NCBI GenBank assembly: GCA_002633005.1
Contig: NMRA01000527.1
Span: 238,712-302,711, forward strand
Direction: 5' to 3'
DNA: 64,000 nucleotides
From: Phoronis australis
Lineage: Eukaryota > Animalia > Phoronida
Shown here: positions 1-13,900 of the stretch, in pieces
Numbering within the stretch: the first letter of the stretch is position 1
Layout of the letters: every line of letters begins with the position of its first letter
Notes under the pieces: generated by a model
Seen by the model: only the letters and a program-made list of their open reading frames with translations
Databases searched by the model: none
What the model was told of the DNA's origin: nothing
Translations under genes and position numbers: made by a program

Positions 1-1039
1 ATGCTGACATTGCGATTCAATGAATTAGGTCTTACCAGGAAGATATTATCCGATTTTACCAGCAGATGTGACACTATTATACCTACGCACAGACATAACT
101 ATTATTCTGAAATCTTATCACGGTGACCTGAAAACCCAGATCTCTAAGTCCATCAAATGTAAAACTACTGTCTATATTCAAAGAAGGAAGTTCTTTGACA
201 ATTCAACTTACCCATACTGTTATTGAAACGACGTTGAGAGAGGAAACGTATGCGAATTCTATCAGAAAGGAACGTTTCCTGAGCCTCTCACAACATTATA
301 ATAATACATTTGGTGGTCTGTTTTTCAACATGGGTTACAAATTTTGATTGCATTAAAAAGAGTCAATTTTCGGTAATGGAATAATTGAAAATAAAGTGTT
401 TATTTAAATTTAATTACAATGCAATCCAAATGTATCGTAATAAACAAACTACAAATTTTGAAACTATAAATGACAAAATACTTGGAGAAATAATGTTCTC
501 AAAATTATGTTCTTCCAAAAAAGCACCAACAATTCAAATACCCATACCTCAGAGCCACAATCTGAGACAAAAATATCAACAGACAAGCAAAAAGCATTTC
601 CAAAACAACAATTTCATGACTTCAGTATGGACTGTTCAAGCATAGACTATAGAGTATCTATGGTTCAAGTTAGTCTCACCTAAACTGAGCGACATCCATA
701 TGCTTCAGACAAAGAACAGAAAATATCAACAAGAACACATGGTCCTCGCCCTCGGCTCTTTAGTCTGTTATTTTAGTTTCGCGCGTTTTCCACTCAGAAT
801 TGATGTGGGGCAACCAACCACCGTCACAAAGAAAGTGCAGTTGAGTGTTTATCACCTGATGAGCAGTTACGAAGAATAGTTACAGACGTGCAATCTGCTC
901 GTGGTTCACAGAGGCTTTCGTTGAAACTGAACATTCACCACGAGGTAAAGCAAAACAATAACACTAACAGCCAGACATTACGGTAACTGAGATCGTGTGA
1001 TCTCACACAATTCACAATTCCCAACCCTGTCGCAGCATT

Positions 1040-1260
1040 ATGCGATGACCGACAGTAAAACAGACGGGGAAAGAGTAATGAAACTTACCACACGTAAGTC
1101 GCTGCTCAAATTCGAAAAATACTCGCGCAAACACCAGCTTCAAACTTGCACATTTGCGAACAAAACCATAACAAAGCAGTATGGCCGATGTTTATCTTCC
1201 TCAGCGGATACCGAAGTACGTCACGTCACGTGACCAATATCACCTTGACGCAGCTTGCAA
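1040..1260 (-). promoter_or_regulatory. Promoter-like motif cluster, possibly a first non-coding exon of a gene leaving the window to the left
   Basis: CGTCACGTCACGTGAC (CRE half-sites plus E-box) near 1220-1234, TGACGC near 1246, and a minus-strand G|GTAAGT donor near 1088. No coding exon could be linked. Confidence 0.3.
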
Positions 1261-1854
1261 AAGTTGTCAGGGAAGTGCCCCCCATTCTACTTGACTTTTG
1301 AAATGCAAAAATATACCAAAATGCAATCTAGAGCATTTAGATGGTTTTTTCACTAAATATCAAACAGTTCGACCTATGGTTTGGAAAACTTCTCACAATG
1401 CTATCAGCGGAAATCTCATTGTTTAGACTCTAGCTCCCCTTTCAGAAATGAACTAGTCTTTTAAGAATTAAAGTAGGGATTCCCCGTGTCTGACATTGGC
1501 TTGCACATTGCTTTGCCAGCGGTGTACGAATGATTCTCGAGTCTGTTCTGATAAACCACGTTTTTTCGCTCTCAGGCAGGGAGCATGAGTAACCAATGTA
1601 CAGTGTATCACGTCAGTTGTCAACAGGAACCTACATGTATACACCGACTGTATCTCGGTACATTCATTGTACTTGTAACCTATATAGTACAGTACTACCT
1701 AGCTAGGCAGTAGTCCAATAATTTGTTCTGACATTACGCACCATTCCGATTACCTGGGCATCCCGGGACGAGTACCATTGATCACGAAAACCAACGTGTG
1801 TGCTCTGGTTATTAGCCCCAGGATTGTACCTTTTGGAGATTAAGTTACCGTTGG

Positions 1855-1908
1855 CATTGGGGTTAGGGTTGACGTTGGGTTTACGGTTGGGCTTGGGGTT
1901 AGGGTGAA
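1855..1908 (+). repeat. Degenerate telomere-like (TTAGGG-type) hexamer tract
   Basis: ttggggttagggttgacgttgggtttacggttgggcttggggttagggt; 6-bp periodicity, interstitial, probably internal to a repeat element. Confidence 0.6.
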
Positions 1909-2127
1909 ACTTCAGAACATGCGTTTTAGTAAAATTTGAAAATTTCCTATTTGCTACACTCCTGCGCCTTACGTTAGCGAAACCACAAGAGCAGTAATTT
2001 CATTACTTCTGACAAAACGGGGCTTTCAACATTTAAAAGTGATAGCTTTAGCGAGAAAAGTGATTTTCTGATATCAGCGCCAGCGCGGTAATGAACCTGG
2101 TACGCTCGCAGGCGCAGTCGGAAAGCT

Positions 2128-2297
2128 ATCGTTGGCCTAAAGTGCGAACGTTACGTGAGTAAATTAATCGTTTGCGGCTTAAATTAATTTTAACGGTGTA
2201 AAGTAATCGTGCCATTAATTGCTAATTTACGCCACTAACAAGAATTAATTTACGGATGTGATTTACGTTCACGTTCAGCTATTTGGCCAACCCCATA
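2128..2297. mobile_element. Small degenerate MITE-like foldback
   Basis: Left end gttggcctaaagtgcgaacgttacgt..gtaaattaat is an imperfect reverse complement of the right end attaatttac..acgttcacgttcagctatttggccaac. Confidence 0.4.
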
Positions 2298-5200
2298 ACA
2301 AAAGCTCGACTGTCCTAATCCCCATGGCAGAGCCTTTTAGCCATATTTATCTGGTAAAGTTACCGACCTTGGTTGTAGCGAATGTCAACCCGACAATTGC
2401 GAGAATTGGCGACTTGTAATAAGATAACAAAAATATTGTGTTATAGCTCTGGTCACACGTATTAATTTCATAACGTCTATTCCACCCAACTGTAATACAA
2501 AAATGTGCTGTTCGAAAGTAAAAAATAATGCCTCTTGAAGTTTTACTGATGAGAGTTAAATTGATGCATTGTGGCAAGGAGTGTAGTGTAGTGTGTAACC
2601 CACAGATTGTCCCCACCACACACGTTTAGCTATCAGCTCCGACCAAGTTATTATAAACTTAGAAACAATAGCAAACTCGTGTAGAACTAAGGGATGTGGG
2701 CATAATCACTGTGTTTAATTACGGTGCAGCGCTCTAGAAATCCACATTCCTAGAAACTTTTAAAAATCGTGGTGTTATAATACTTTTAGCAAGTTACTAC
2801 AGTCAGGGTCAGTTATGATTTTTGTTTACAGACCGTTTTCCTAAGTCATTTAGGATTCCTGCATTTTCGTTATATTAAATGCCTTGAGCTAAGTTATTTT
2901 GTTATTTTATGACTCGTTTTTTATTTAAAAGTGTCAGAGTTTTCAAAAATAGCTGGCGCGATAAGCCATTGGCTAGTTGTAATGTTTTAAAACAGACTTT
3001 TAATAAAAGTATTGTGTTGTCCTGGAAAATCTAACCACAAGTACAGGCGATTCTGGAGGGCAACCTTTCACATAAAAACGGGGTTATCGCTCGACTCACC
3101 ACTTGTAGAAAGTGTTGAAAAAATCAAGGCTTTTTGTTAGTGTCAATCTACTGTGGAAACCATACGAGTTCGTGCTGGTCATGGCTTAAGTTAATTAGTT
3201 TGATTTCAAAATTACATGCATGTAAGACTTCCATGCTCAAAATTACATAACTTCGTTCTTTGTGCAACCTCTTAGCTTACGTATTTTTAAAAAGCGGCAC
3301 AAACCCTTAATTTCTGCCAAAAATAAGTTTTAATTTAGGCCACTTACCGTAAATTCGTCCCATCTTTCTCGTTACTCTGTTTAAAAGTGATACCGGGGCT
3401 CACGAAAAACTGAAAGTTCGTTCTTCAGATCAAGCTCATAAAATTTAAAGCCACTCCAATTTGACAAAGGAACATTTTTTAGACCAGTTTTATAAAGTTA
3501 AGTGGCGTAAATCAAAAATTGCCTTCTTTGTTATGGAAGGGGTATACAGCCGCTTTAGCGTATTTGTAAGTTCATGTGGTTGGGAATACTTACGTACGTT
3601 TTTCATGAGGTAGCCTATAAGACCCACACCGTCCATATCTTCGCCTTTTGGCTCTTCTCCACTGTTTGGCCATATGCCAAATATCAGAGAGGATAAAAGT
3701 TTATGCCTGTGTATCATTTATTGGGAGTTTTGCCGGTGTATTCAATAATCGTGAAACATGGTACATCTGCACTAGCGTTGGTTTGGTGTTTGACGAAGTA
3801 ATCAACCAAACTGGCTCAAGTGCAAGCAATATATGAAGTACAGGGGTTGGAAACGAGTCCATGCAGCAGCTCTAATTTCCAGCTACTGTCTGAGGATACT
3901 TCACTAGTTTCTGACAGTGCGCAACTGGAGAATTAGGATCACTGGACTGGAAAAGGTGTGTCGTTTGAAAGGAGCCTCCATAAAAGTAGTTATTTGTTCC
4001 AGAAATGCCACAGTTTTGTAGGGATTTTCCGCACTGGGCCTAACTCTTTCACCAGGATTTTTTGACAATATTCAATGAACTTTCAACCCATTATGCCTGA
4101 AACCGCGCAAGAAGACTGCCATGTTGTCAAAACAGGGAATATTATACGCAGTTACATTTTTAGAAAATCGTTCTGTGTAGTGCTGTGTAATTATATGTGA
4201 TTTCTAGACCCAAATGGTGAACTCTTTCTGCAGGGAATGTGACGGAGCTTTTAGGCACCCTTTCGAAGGAAATTTTGTTAGAAATTCACCCGTTCGTGTA
4301 GGTAAACTGGTCGTGAAAAGTTTGACTATTCTTTGCGGCACGTCGAGCCGAGTTACAAGCCACTTCTCTATGGAAGTACCCCCCCCCCCCTATGGATCAA
4401 TGGAAGGCCCAGTCCTGGACCAGCAAACGCCAAAACCACGATACAAACTCAGCGTTCGACGAGCCGAAAATGCTTCATCATGGGGTAACCATACGCGGTG
4501 GCGAAATTCTTACTCTGGGCTCAGACACATCAGTCCCGGAACTCAGAGCCCACCACCTAGGTGATTTCAGCTGGAATTAAGAGGCTTTCCATCGTTTCCA
4601 CCCGGCTCTGAAGTCAAGTCATCTTTTTGTCGTCGCAGCTGCTTTCCGTCCAGTTGCTACGCGGCGCGCGTGCGATAGGCCTACACTAGCAGCGTCGGGC
4701 ATTAGTCTGTTATTGATTAATTAATAAATTGTTGGTGTTGTGTACATTGTTTGGGTGGGTAGGGAATGAATTCAATATCTGTAATTGGCGCTCGAGTAGA
4801 CTACAGGGGTTCCAATTTACTAAAAACTGACCGTGACGGCAGTAACTAGCCTGCTGATTAAATTATTCAGTTGATTTTTCGCCACTACGAGTCTCCTTGT
4901 CATTGTTCCCATTAATATTGATTTTTCATGGATTATTTTCTACAAGAAGTAGACTTATGCCTGGTCTTAATGATCAGCAGAACGGAAGAGTCGCAATCGC
5001 AGGTTGATGTAGACGTTGCCGTACGAAACATCAAAAGGTAATTATCATCAGTTGCTGTGCATCAGTTTGTACTACCTTAGCAGCCATGCAACTCTTCCAC
5101 AGCTTGCCCTACCTTACGGCATTTTTTCACTCAGGGTGCAAATTTAGATTTTTTTGTGTTACGCAATTATATTGACAGAATTCCTTCACCTTTGGCAGAT

Positions 5201-5718
5201 ATTTGTATGATGATCTTGTTTTAGCACTGGTACTTATGACATTTACGCATTTTAAAGTATGAAAAAATGTTAATTATGGCCAGAGTAATCCTTGATATAG
5301 CTGAAAAGAGCCAGAAATTCATCGTTATTTTGCTTCACTGAAACATTGCATGCTTTTAATACACATGGCATTTAATTAAATCACCCATTTAATTGAAATT
5401 TAATGTTTTTTCATGATCCTAACATGCATTTCTTGTTTTTCTTCAGGAAATTGCCGGGATCTGAAAAGTCAAACACAATTTTCAGGCACACTTGCAAAAT
5501 GATGTCAGTGTTATGCAAAACACGTAAATTTGCTTGTGCTCCTTCTGTTACAGCCAATACTGCCATGACTGAAAAAGAAAAGCACTACTAGTGTTTTGAA
5601 CTGTTTTTTAATGGTTGATGGTATATAGAATTTGATTAAGAAACCACATGTTTGTACCAGATGTCCTAGTGATTGGTTTCCTCAACCAAATAATATCACA
5701 GTCACCTAAGAAAAACTG

Positions 5719-6252
5719 TGTATTCTCCGTAGCCCTGTCTGAATTCCATTAAATACTTCCATAAATAAAAGATATTCGATACTGCACATTGGGAATCTTG
5801 AAGCTATTTCTGGCCCACAAAAAACATTAGACCACGCCCTGGATTTGAATGATTGATCATAAGCAAAAATGTCTGTCGTATTCTCCGTAGCCCCTGTATT
5901 CTCCGTAGCCCCTGTATTCTCCGTAGCCCCTGTATTCTCCGTAGCCCCCAACTTTGAATATTGTTAGTACATGGTTTGAAAAAAATTGTATCTAGGTGCA
6001 CGTACTGAGGAAATAGAAACAAATAAAATCTCCAAGACAAGAACAATTAAAAAAATATTTATGGGTGGGGTTTGAGGCAAGTTTAGCTAAAATTACTTTT
6101 TCAGTTTAAACTCGTTATTAATAAAACATGAATGTTCTTTGGTCATTCAGAAGTGTTGGTATTAACAAGTAAATGAATTCTATTGCATTGTTCAAGTGTT
6201 CATCCATTTATAAACAGGTATCTGCATATTTCGTATTCTCCGTAGCCCCCTC
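5719..6252. mobile_element. Right end of a DNA transposon with TATTCTCCGTAGCCCC subterminal repeats (18-bp array of about 4 copies at 5878-5948)
   Basis: The same motif occurs near 5721, four times in tandem at 5878-5948, and at 6235-6250 ending ...GCCCCCTC (GAG terminus on the minus strand, Sola-like). No matching left end found. Confidence 0.45.
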
Positions 6253-7464
6253 CATCAAAATGACCTCTGTGTTATGTAAGAGCCTCACTTAGTACTGGGG
6301 ACTGCTCATTATAGAGGTTCTCAGACACAATAGAAATTGCATAACAATATATTGATCACAGCCATCAACTGTGCAGGTTATTTATGCTGAACATAAGCAC
6401 AAATTGTATTATACAGGGAAAACATAATGACTGACTTAGTTGATAGTAAGGACCATAGCTACATGATTTTGCCTCAAGCAATGATCTATGGATTATTGTA
6501 GCTACAGTGTATGTAAGCAAAACATTCACTATTTGTATGAAGAGAAATACAATGAATACAGTATGACCTCCAACTCATTACATTTCAGTTCATAACATTT
6601 TTTATCCTATATGCCTGATGATGATACGGTCATGAGATAAACCTGTTACTGAATGATAAGTAGGAACTACTTTTCTGTAATGGAATTCCTTTTGATACAG
6701 AATTGAGAAGATTTATCGAAAAGTATTCCAACTATTATGTACAACCAAGAGTGTATATTTACTAACATAGGCAGAATGTTTGTCTACCCTAACAAGAAAG
6801 AGAATAATCACATTCCTTACATAGTAGCATGTTCAGTGTTCACATTCAAGCAGGTTTTGTGTTAAAATATCAAAACAAAACAAGATAAAAAATTTCAGTC
6901 TACATAAGGAATCAATCAAGTCATGTTTTGGAATTAGTAAAGAAATATTTAATAACTATTCACTGCATTGCAAGAAAATTCAATCAAAAAATCATACACA
7001 TAACAAACTTTTAACCAGCATCTTTGCGACACGCACCACACAGTCTGTGATCAACATCGACTATAGAGCTATTTTTAGGACAAGATATGCCAAACGTGTG
7101 TACACTTGCTTTTCTAAAGAACCCTTGGGGCCATATAGAATAAATGTTATACAACACGCAATAATTGAACCAGCATGTTACTCTATCTTGATTTATACTT
7201 CTTAGAAAAGTCCTGGGAGAATCACTGTAACAACACCACGTTGAGAACCATCAGCCAGAAAACTTAATTTTATGCATGCCATTGACAGTTTGAGTAAAAT
7301 TATATGTGCAGAGGGAGATTTCGTTGTTTTGTTGACAACAACTGTAACCGTTTCTACAAAAGCTATCCCACTATACAATCAGCATACGACTGGAACTACT
7401 GGTAACAAATAGGCTATGTACAGAAAAATTATAAGTCTTCGAAACTTCACTACTATTCTTAAGT

Positions 7465-7640
7465 CTGGTCAGCACGCCACCTGTGGTCACACCACGTTAC
7501 CTAATGAAAAAATTTCTGCCCCAACCGGAACTTGAACCCAGGACCTTCTGCTATCCGTGCAGACGGCACCGGGACCACCGCTTCAATGCAGAATTCCAAT
7601 CAGACTTAGTAGTGAGCATAGCGACCTTGAACTCCAGAGT
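7465..7640 (-). mobile_element. tRNA-derived SINE relic
   Basis: Minus strand reads ...gcacggatagcagaaggtcctgGGTTCAAGTTCCggttggggcagaaattttttca: a pol III B-box and tRNA-like 3' half followed by unrelated body sequence. No intact cloverleaf. Confidence 0.55.
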
Positions 7641-7941
7641 GTATTGAAATTTAGGAAAACCTTAATTTAGCAATTATTTTGCACCCAGAAATTGAACAAT
7701 TTTCAATGTATGAAAACAAATGGTATAACCACCCAAGGTCCTCAAGGCTTCAAATAATTTGTGACTGAGCACACTCTACTTTCCTTTTCTCCAATGCCTT
7801 TCTCCCAATACACACACATGAGCGTACAGACACATGTTGCAAGAACTCTGCTCACCATGATGCCTTCCATAAAAATAACTTTACATTTGGACCACATTAT
7901 TCTCTCTCTGAGCCTCCTTGCTGATATCATAAAACAAAACA

Positions 7942-10900
7942 TTAGCTGTCAGACACTGTGAATTGAACATAATGTCCACGTTGTTTATGCAGAGCTCTTG
8001 TACCGTGAGCGTTCTGCCACAGATATTCCAGACCCTTCACATCCACTTTATTGATTCCTGAACATGTCAGCGACAGCTCCCTCAGACACGGTGGCTGATC
8101 CAGCAGCTTACTCAAGGAGTCCAAAAAATCAGAGTCTAATGGTGATGATAGGCCACAGCCTTCTACCCAGAGTGTCTGGAGTCGGGATTTGGAGTTGACG
8201 AAGGATTCAAGTAAAGTAGTCATGTCCCTGTTGCAAAGTCTGGGGTTTCCTGAGAGTATGACTTTCTTCAACGAAGCAGAATTTGTGAAACAACTGAAAA
8301 ATGAAAAAACGCATGAACAGATTCAATTTTCATGTTAAGATTGTTAAGTATTTTTTGTTTGGAAATTTCAAACACTTGAAAATAAAGTAAACAACTGATA
8401 TTGTCATTTGTGAGAAAAGCAGAATACGAGTCCCCAGAAAAATTGTCGCCAAATTCACACCCGCTAGTCACCACCTTTTCACCAAGTGGTTGCCTCCAAT
8501 CTCACTAACTCCCAATCATCAATTTCATGGAGGCCCAGTCATGACACAGCTGAAATGCTCAGTTTGAGGGACGTACTAGAAAAATTGTAGGAGGATTCTT
8601 CAAATAATTTAGTACATGGTCATGTTTGCCATTACCACTCAAATTGTGTTTTAACAATTTAAAAATTTGGTTATAAAGGTGTACATTAGATGCCTGTCTA
8701 TCCAACCATCAGAACAAATGATAGCAATATACCCACACCGCATGCACATATATGAACATTCAATTAAGAGGGAAAAAATCATTAACAAAAATACTGACCA
8801 TCGAATTAAAAAATTTAATAACACAAACTGCAGAACCTTCTTCAATACTTGATTTCTTAAAAGCCAGAAATTCAAGTCAACAGCTAACTTTAATGCAACT
8901 TACCACGCCAATTCTCTTGTAACACTGGATGACAGGTGACAATTAGACAGACACAGTGTTTGAAGCACACAATGTTCCTGTAAAGACAAACACAATTATG
9001 ATCTGCAGTAACCACCATCTCCAGTGGCAAAAGATGGTGGACCCCCTTCAGAGTGCCACTATCTCAGGCCAACAGGCATCGGAACAAGTCTTTACGAAGA
9101 AAGGAACAAAGACCAAAGTCAGCTTCCAACAACCTTAACCGTAGTCTCTCTTCAATTTCGTTTAATATTGTCAAATTACAATTTTACACTTTTCAAAATG
9201 TAATTATAGTTAGAGTGCTAAGTTTTATTTATTGATAGCGTTCTAAAATTAAAGTTTCGAATTTTTGTTTTCATTGACAAATTTGAGGAAACAAGACTGC
9301 AAGAGTGATCTGTACTGCAACGTAAACTGAAGAGCATATACTGTGCTAAACAAAACTACTAGGTGATTTTCCGCTGTAACACAGTTATTCAAGTGACTAT
9401 AGAAATTTAGGAAAATGATACTTATATAATTAATGTACTAGTGTCACACTTAAGTTTAAGTTTCAAGTTGCATACATACATTCATCAAATGTCTGTGATT
9501 GACAGCTGCCAATCACCCCTACCTGTCTGAAGTAGTTAAGCAGATGATGGCACATCTGGTTGGTTTCGTTGGCGTCCACAACACCGTTCAGGTTCAGAAC
9601 ATGCAGTGTGTCCGCACTCTTCAACAAGAGTTCTGTGCCTGTGGAGCCCAGCTTGTTGAGAGCAATGTGGAGACGAGTCAGGCCACGCCCTGCAGGGATG
9701 CAGTCAATGCAATACAGTACAACTATGAAATGGAGAGGGTCGGGACTTGACGAGAAACTGTCTTGCATTAATCATTTCTGAACTTTATCAACACCGTTGT
9801 GCTTTATTGAACACATGTTTGAATAGAAAAAAAAAACAAGTTTGCCCGACACTTCGAGTGCTAGATTATTTTGTTGTTCTTTTTAGGACTATGTATTCAA
9901 AAACACCTTTTAAGCAATGACTATCCAACTAAAGAGAAATTTATGCTAAGCTAAATTATAGAATCAAAATGAGTTTTGTATACGCAATCAACTGCTGTAT
10001 ATGTATCTACCGTAATCGTTCGGGTTAACGCCCATGCTCAGTTAACCGCCCATCCCCGACTTTACCTGGAGTTTCGATTTAACCGCCCACTGCTCAGTTA
10101 ACCGCCCCCCTGCGATTTTTGAAGATTTCCAGTTAAGCGCCCACCTCTCGGTTAAGCGCCCATCCCCGACTTTTAAAGAATGAAGATTTAGCGCCTAGTG
10201 CTAAGGAAACGCGCGATTCCCCGACTTTTAGAAAAAGATGATGATCACAACGAGCGCAACGACGCCGGGCTTCCGAGACGGTGGTTTAGCAATGTGAATT
10301 ACAATTCTAGTAACGAGTTATTGTCTTGGGTCATGGACTCACTTCAAAATATAATACATGAACGTTTTTGTCACTTTATTTTCTTCCCATGTTTGCAAAA
10401 GATGATGATCACAACGAGCGCAACGACGCCGGGCTTCCGAGACGGTGGTTTAGCAATGTGAATTACAATTCTAGTAACGAGTTATTGTCTTGGGTCATGG
10501 ACTCACTTCAAAATATAATACTTGAACGTTTTTGTCACTTTATTTTCTTCCCATGTTTGCAAAGTTTAAGAACGCCGCCGGCGTCAAAACCTCCGCTTTC
10601 AGTAACTTTGTCTGCCGCGCTGAGTTTCCATCTGTAGTGCACAAGATAAAACATATATTCGAAAAAATCAGGCCAGAGAAATGTGACCATGGTTTTGCCA
10701 ACCCTCCAAATTTTATTAAGGTGGGAAGCTCTTGTATTTTGAACAAATCTCACAACTCACGGAAAGATGTCAAATTCGCAATATTTTGATGAATGTAAGT
10801 GCCGGGTTATAGAGGATGTGTGGCGATCGAAGGGACAGTACAAGTGCCTTACTGGGTTACTGATTTCGTTGCTGCCTATCGATTTCTGAATTCAAAGGTT

Positions 10901-13900
10901 GACAATAATGTATGTTTGTGTATGATCTTGAGGTAATAAAAAACTGCTAGTCAAATTTTGTTTTTCGCGTATTGCATCTCAGTCAAACTGGCGTTAGCAG
11001 ATTTAACTAATGTCGCTGGCTGTTTACTATTTCTTTCGTCAGCCCCCACGTAAGCGTGACTGTGTGAATTATCGTTTCCACATCCTCTTTTTAGCCATCC
11101 AGAATAATTTTGTTAATACATTGGCCAGTTTCAGCCTGAACAAAAATTCTTACCATTCTAGTCTGAAATATCTACCACGTAGACTGACTGAAAATTGGCG
11201 GACAGTGGGTAAGAGATGCACGCAGCTAGCTACGGGCATGGGCTTAGGGAACATCGAGCCGGGAAATATCGGAATTGACTTGACATCGCAGTTTTGGGGA
11301 ACATTGGCAATGGAGGAACATCGTAAACAATTGGGTCTTTTGTAGCAACAGCTTAAAAGTACATAGTCACGCCCGCTTTTGATACTTAGGACTGTCGCTA
11401 TTCTCTTTGGCGACTTTGTTGTGGTGCACGTGCGCAAGTTCCCACACTTTGGAGTGCATGTTACCTTGACACCAACATGTGCTTGACAGGTGACTCAAAC
11501 GTAGGCCCTACGTGCGTGCTGAATCCCGCCGCTATCTTTTGCCATAAAAAAACGAGGTGCATATATCGAAAGAGGCCGTTATATTACTTGACGGCATTTA
11601 TAAATCACGATTGTCAGCCGACTGAGACATTGCGCGCCAACAGCCTGACCGAACAGTGCCGCAGAGCGATTTTGCAAGTGATATAAATAGGATAATCTGG
11701 AAATCCTGCATGAAAAATAAATGTTTTTCCACCACGACGTTTGGTAAGGTGATCGTTTAAGAATAAATTGAAACATCGCTGTTTTGTGGCGTTTTATCAC
11801 ATATTTATGCCGTGGCTCGAAATTTTATTGTTGATTGACGAGTGGCACACCCCGATTCTTGTCTTAGGCCTACCTCTTTGCCGAGCATGTTTGGCACAAC
11901 GGCAAGTGAGCAATGCCGGGCGGTCGAGATAAAAAAGCTAGCCGCAGAACCATACGCTGAAAATGTCATTGAGTCACAGAGTGTCGACATCCCAAACGCA
12001 AAAAACATCTGAGTTAGGCGCACTTTAGCAAGGTCACGTGTTGAAATATTTGCAATCCAAGTAGAGGCTGCGTGGTCTCTGGTCGTCTGCGCTGCGCAGG
12101 GCAAAGTAACAAGACCGCAGGACGGCACGGGACTATTACTCAGCAATTCTGTAAATTTAATAGAGTGAATAACTAATCTGAGGGCAAGAGAACCTTTGTT
12201 GGGATCATCCGCTGTTATGACATTTTCCCCGTCATGTGGCGACGTGACGATAACGGTCTTTGAAAAGTGCTACGCGTTCCGAGTGCGTGTGTGTTGTGGG
12301 TACTTAGATCACGAGGTAAGATTAACCGCCCAGGGCAGTTGCCTGTCGTAATAAGCGCCCATGTTCGGTTAACCGCCCACCCTGGATTTCTTGAAATTTC
12401 ACATTTAAGCGCCCATGTCTGGTTAACCGCCCACCCCCGATTTTTTGGGTTTGCCAATTTAACCGCCCAGGGCGTTAACCCGAACGATTACGGTAGTTCA
12501 AACTCAGTAATAATATGGTATCAATATAAAGATGTAGTCACAAAAATTGATCATATACCTTGGCAAGCCTCTGTGAAGGGCAGCCTGTGAGACTGGAAGA
12601 AATGTGCTGAGAGGTCACATGACTGCAGGTCAAGGTCAACCAGAAGGGGACAGTTTTTAATGATGTCCACAATGCTGGCAGTGCAGCAGTCACCCAGTGG
12701 GTTGAAGGACAGGTCAAGTCTGGTCAGTGACTGCCGGAGAGACAAAGAAGATTTGACTAATAGCATCTACAAATTTCACATAATTAGCAAATACAATGAA
12801 ATTGTCTAAACTCAAATTTCTTATTCTGGTACACCGATGCAAATTAAGAGTAGTATGCCACATCAGTTACATCAAAGTGGATAGTTTCCAGTAGGAGAAA
12901 TGTATCGCCATAGATAAGCAGTAACAATTGCAAAACTGTATATTTTCTGCAAGGCCACACACAAGTGAAAGATGCTGCCAAAACAGTCCAATGCAGTGCC
13001 AATTTGTTTTTTGACTTTTTTCTAATTTCCATGTTCAATAAATTCTGAAACATGTCAGATTCGACAAGCTTTTATCAGCTTTAACATTGCTTTCCAAGAG
13101 GGTCCCCACGTTTAATACAACGGTCCATTTTGCAACAATTGTAGCAATATGGACCAAACAAAATAAATGGGGAAATGTGTAATAAACCAGAGTGTTTCCT
13201 TAGGGAACTTCCAATAGCCAGCTCGAGGTACACCCACGGTCTACTCAGGGACACATAGACAGAGGTGACTGGAAAAATAGAAGCATATGTGTTATGTCCA
13301 ACTCCATTTTTGGTCAAAATGGACAGGGTGGCCCATTAGGAAATTCAATTTTCTACGGAATAGTAATTCCTACTTTTAGTAATGTTACCTCAAAAGATTT
13401 TACAATTCCTACAAACATTAACTTTCGCTAAGATTTCTGAAACTGATGTGCTCACAACAAAGAATTCACTTGAATTCAATCACCCATTTTTATAAAGCCG
13501 ATATTGATATTGCTGTGTCTAATAATGAATGCGAAAACATAAACTCAAGCTAGATCTTGGACTACTCCCAACCTGGTTATGAAAGACTCTCTAAATTGGA
13601 TTTGGAAGTATTAGTCAAATCCCTAAATCTGGTCTGGTGAGAACATGACCAGACTATGGAAGTTCCCCCGAGCTGGTCATGGGAGTGCTCCTTCATGATG
13701 GATCCTGGAGTACCCTCAAACTGCTCATGGGAATATCACCCAAGCTGGCTATGAGAGTACACTGTAATGCCCAAGCTGGTCGTGGAAGTACCTCTCCAAA
13801 CTGGAAGTGGCAGTACCACCTAAGCTGGCTGTGGTAGTTCCCTAGGAACTATATGTGGGATCACACTCCACCCCCCATTTGGCCTTGCGAGAACCCCAAC

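Noticed and set aside
30-720. Coding exons of a minus-strand gene at the left edge
   Set aside because: Donor- and acceptor-like sites exist (near 36, 128, 211, 679), but trial joins hit stops and give no recognisable protein.
1855-1908. True telomere or chromosome fusion scar
   Set aside because: Short, degenerate and single orientation; typical of repeat-internal tracts.
5706-6046. ORFs with GATENT / GLRRIQ peptide repeats
   Set aside because: Translations of an 18-bp non-coding tandem repeat.
7500-7600. Functional tRNA gene
   Set aside because: Only a B-box and partial arms; no A-box-bearing D arm or acceptor stem. Treated as a SINE relic.
10198-12590. Many short ORFs as a transposase or captured gene
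   Set aside because: No DDE or HTH motif recognisable. The similar peptides at 24131-24461 and 59822-60076 reflect nucleotide repeat homology only.
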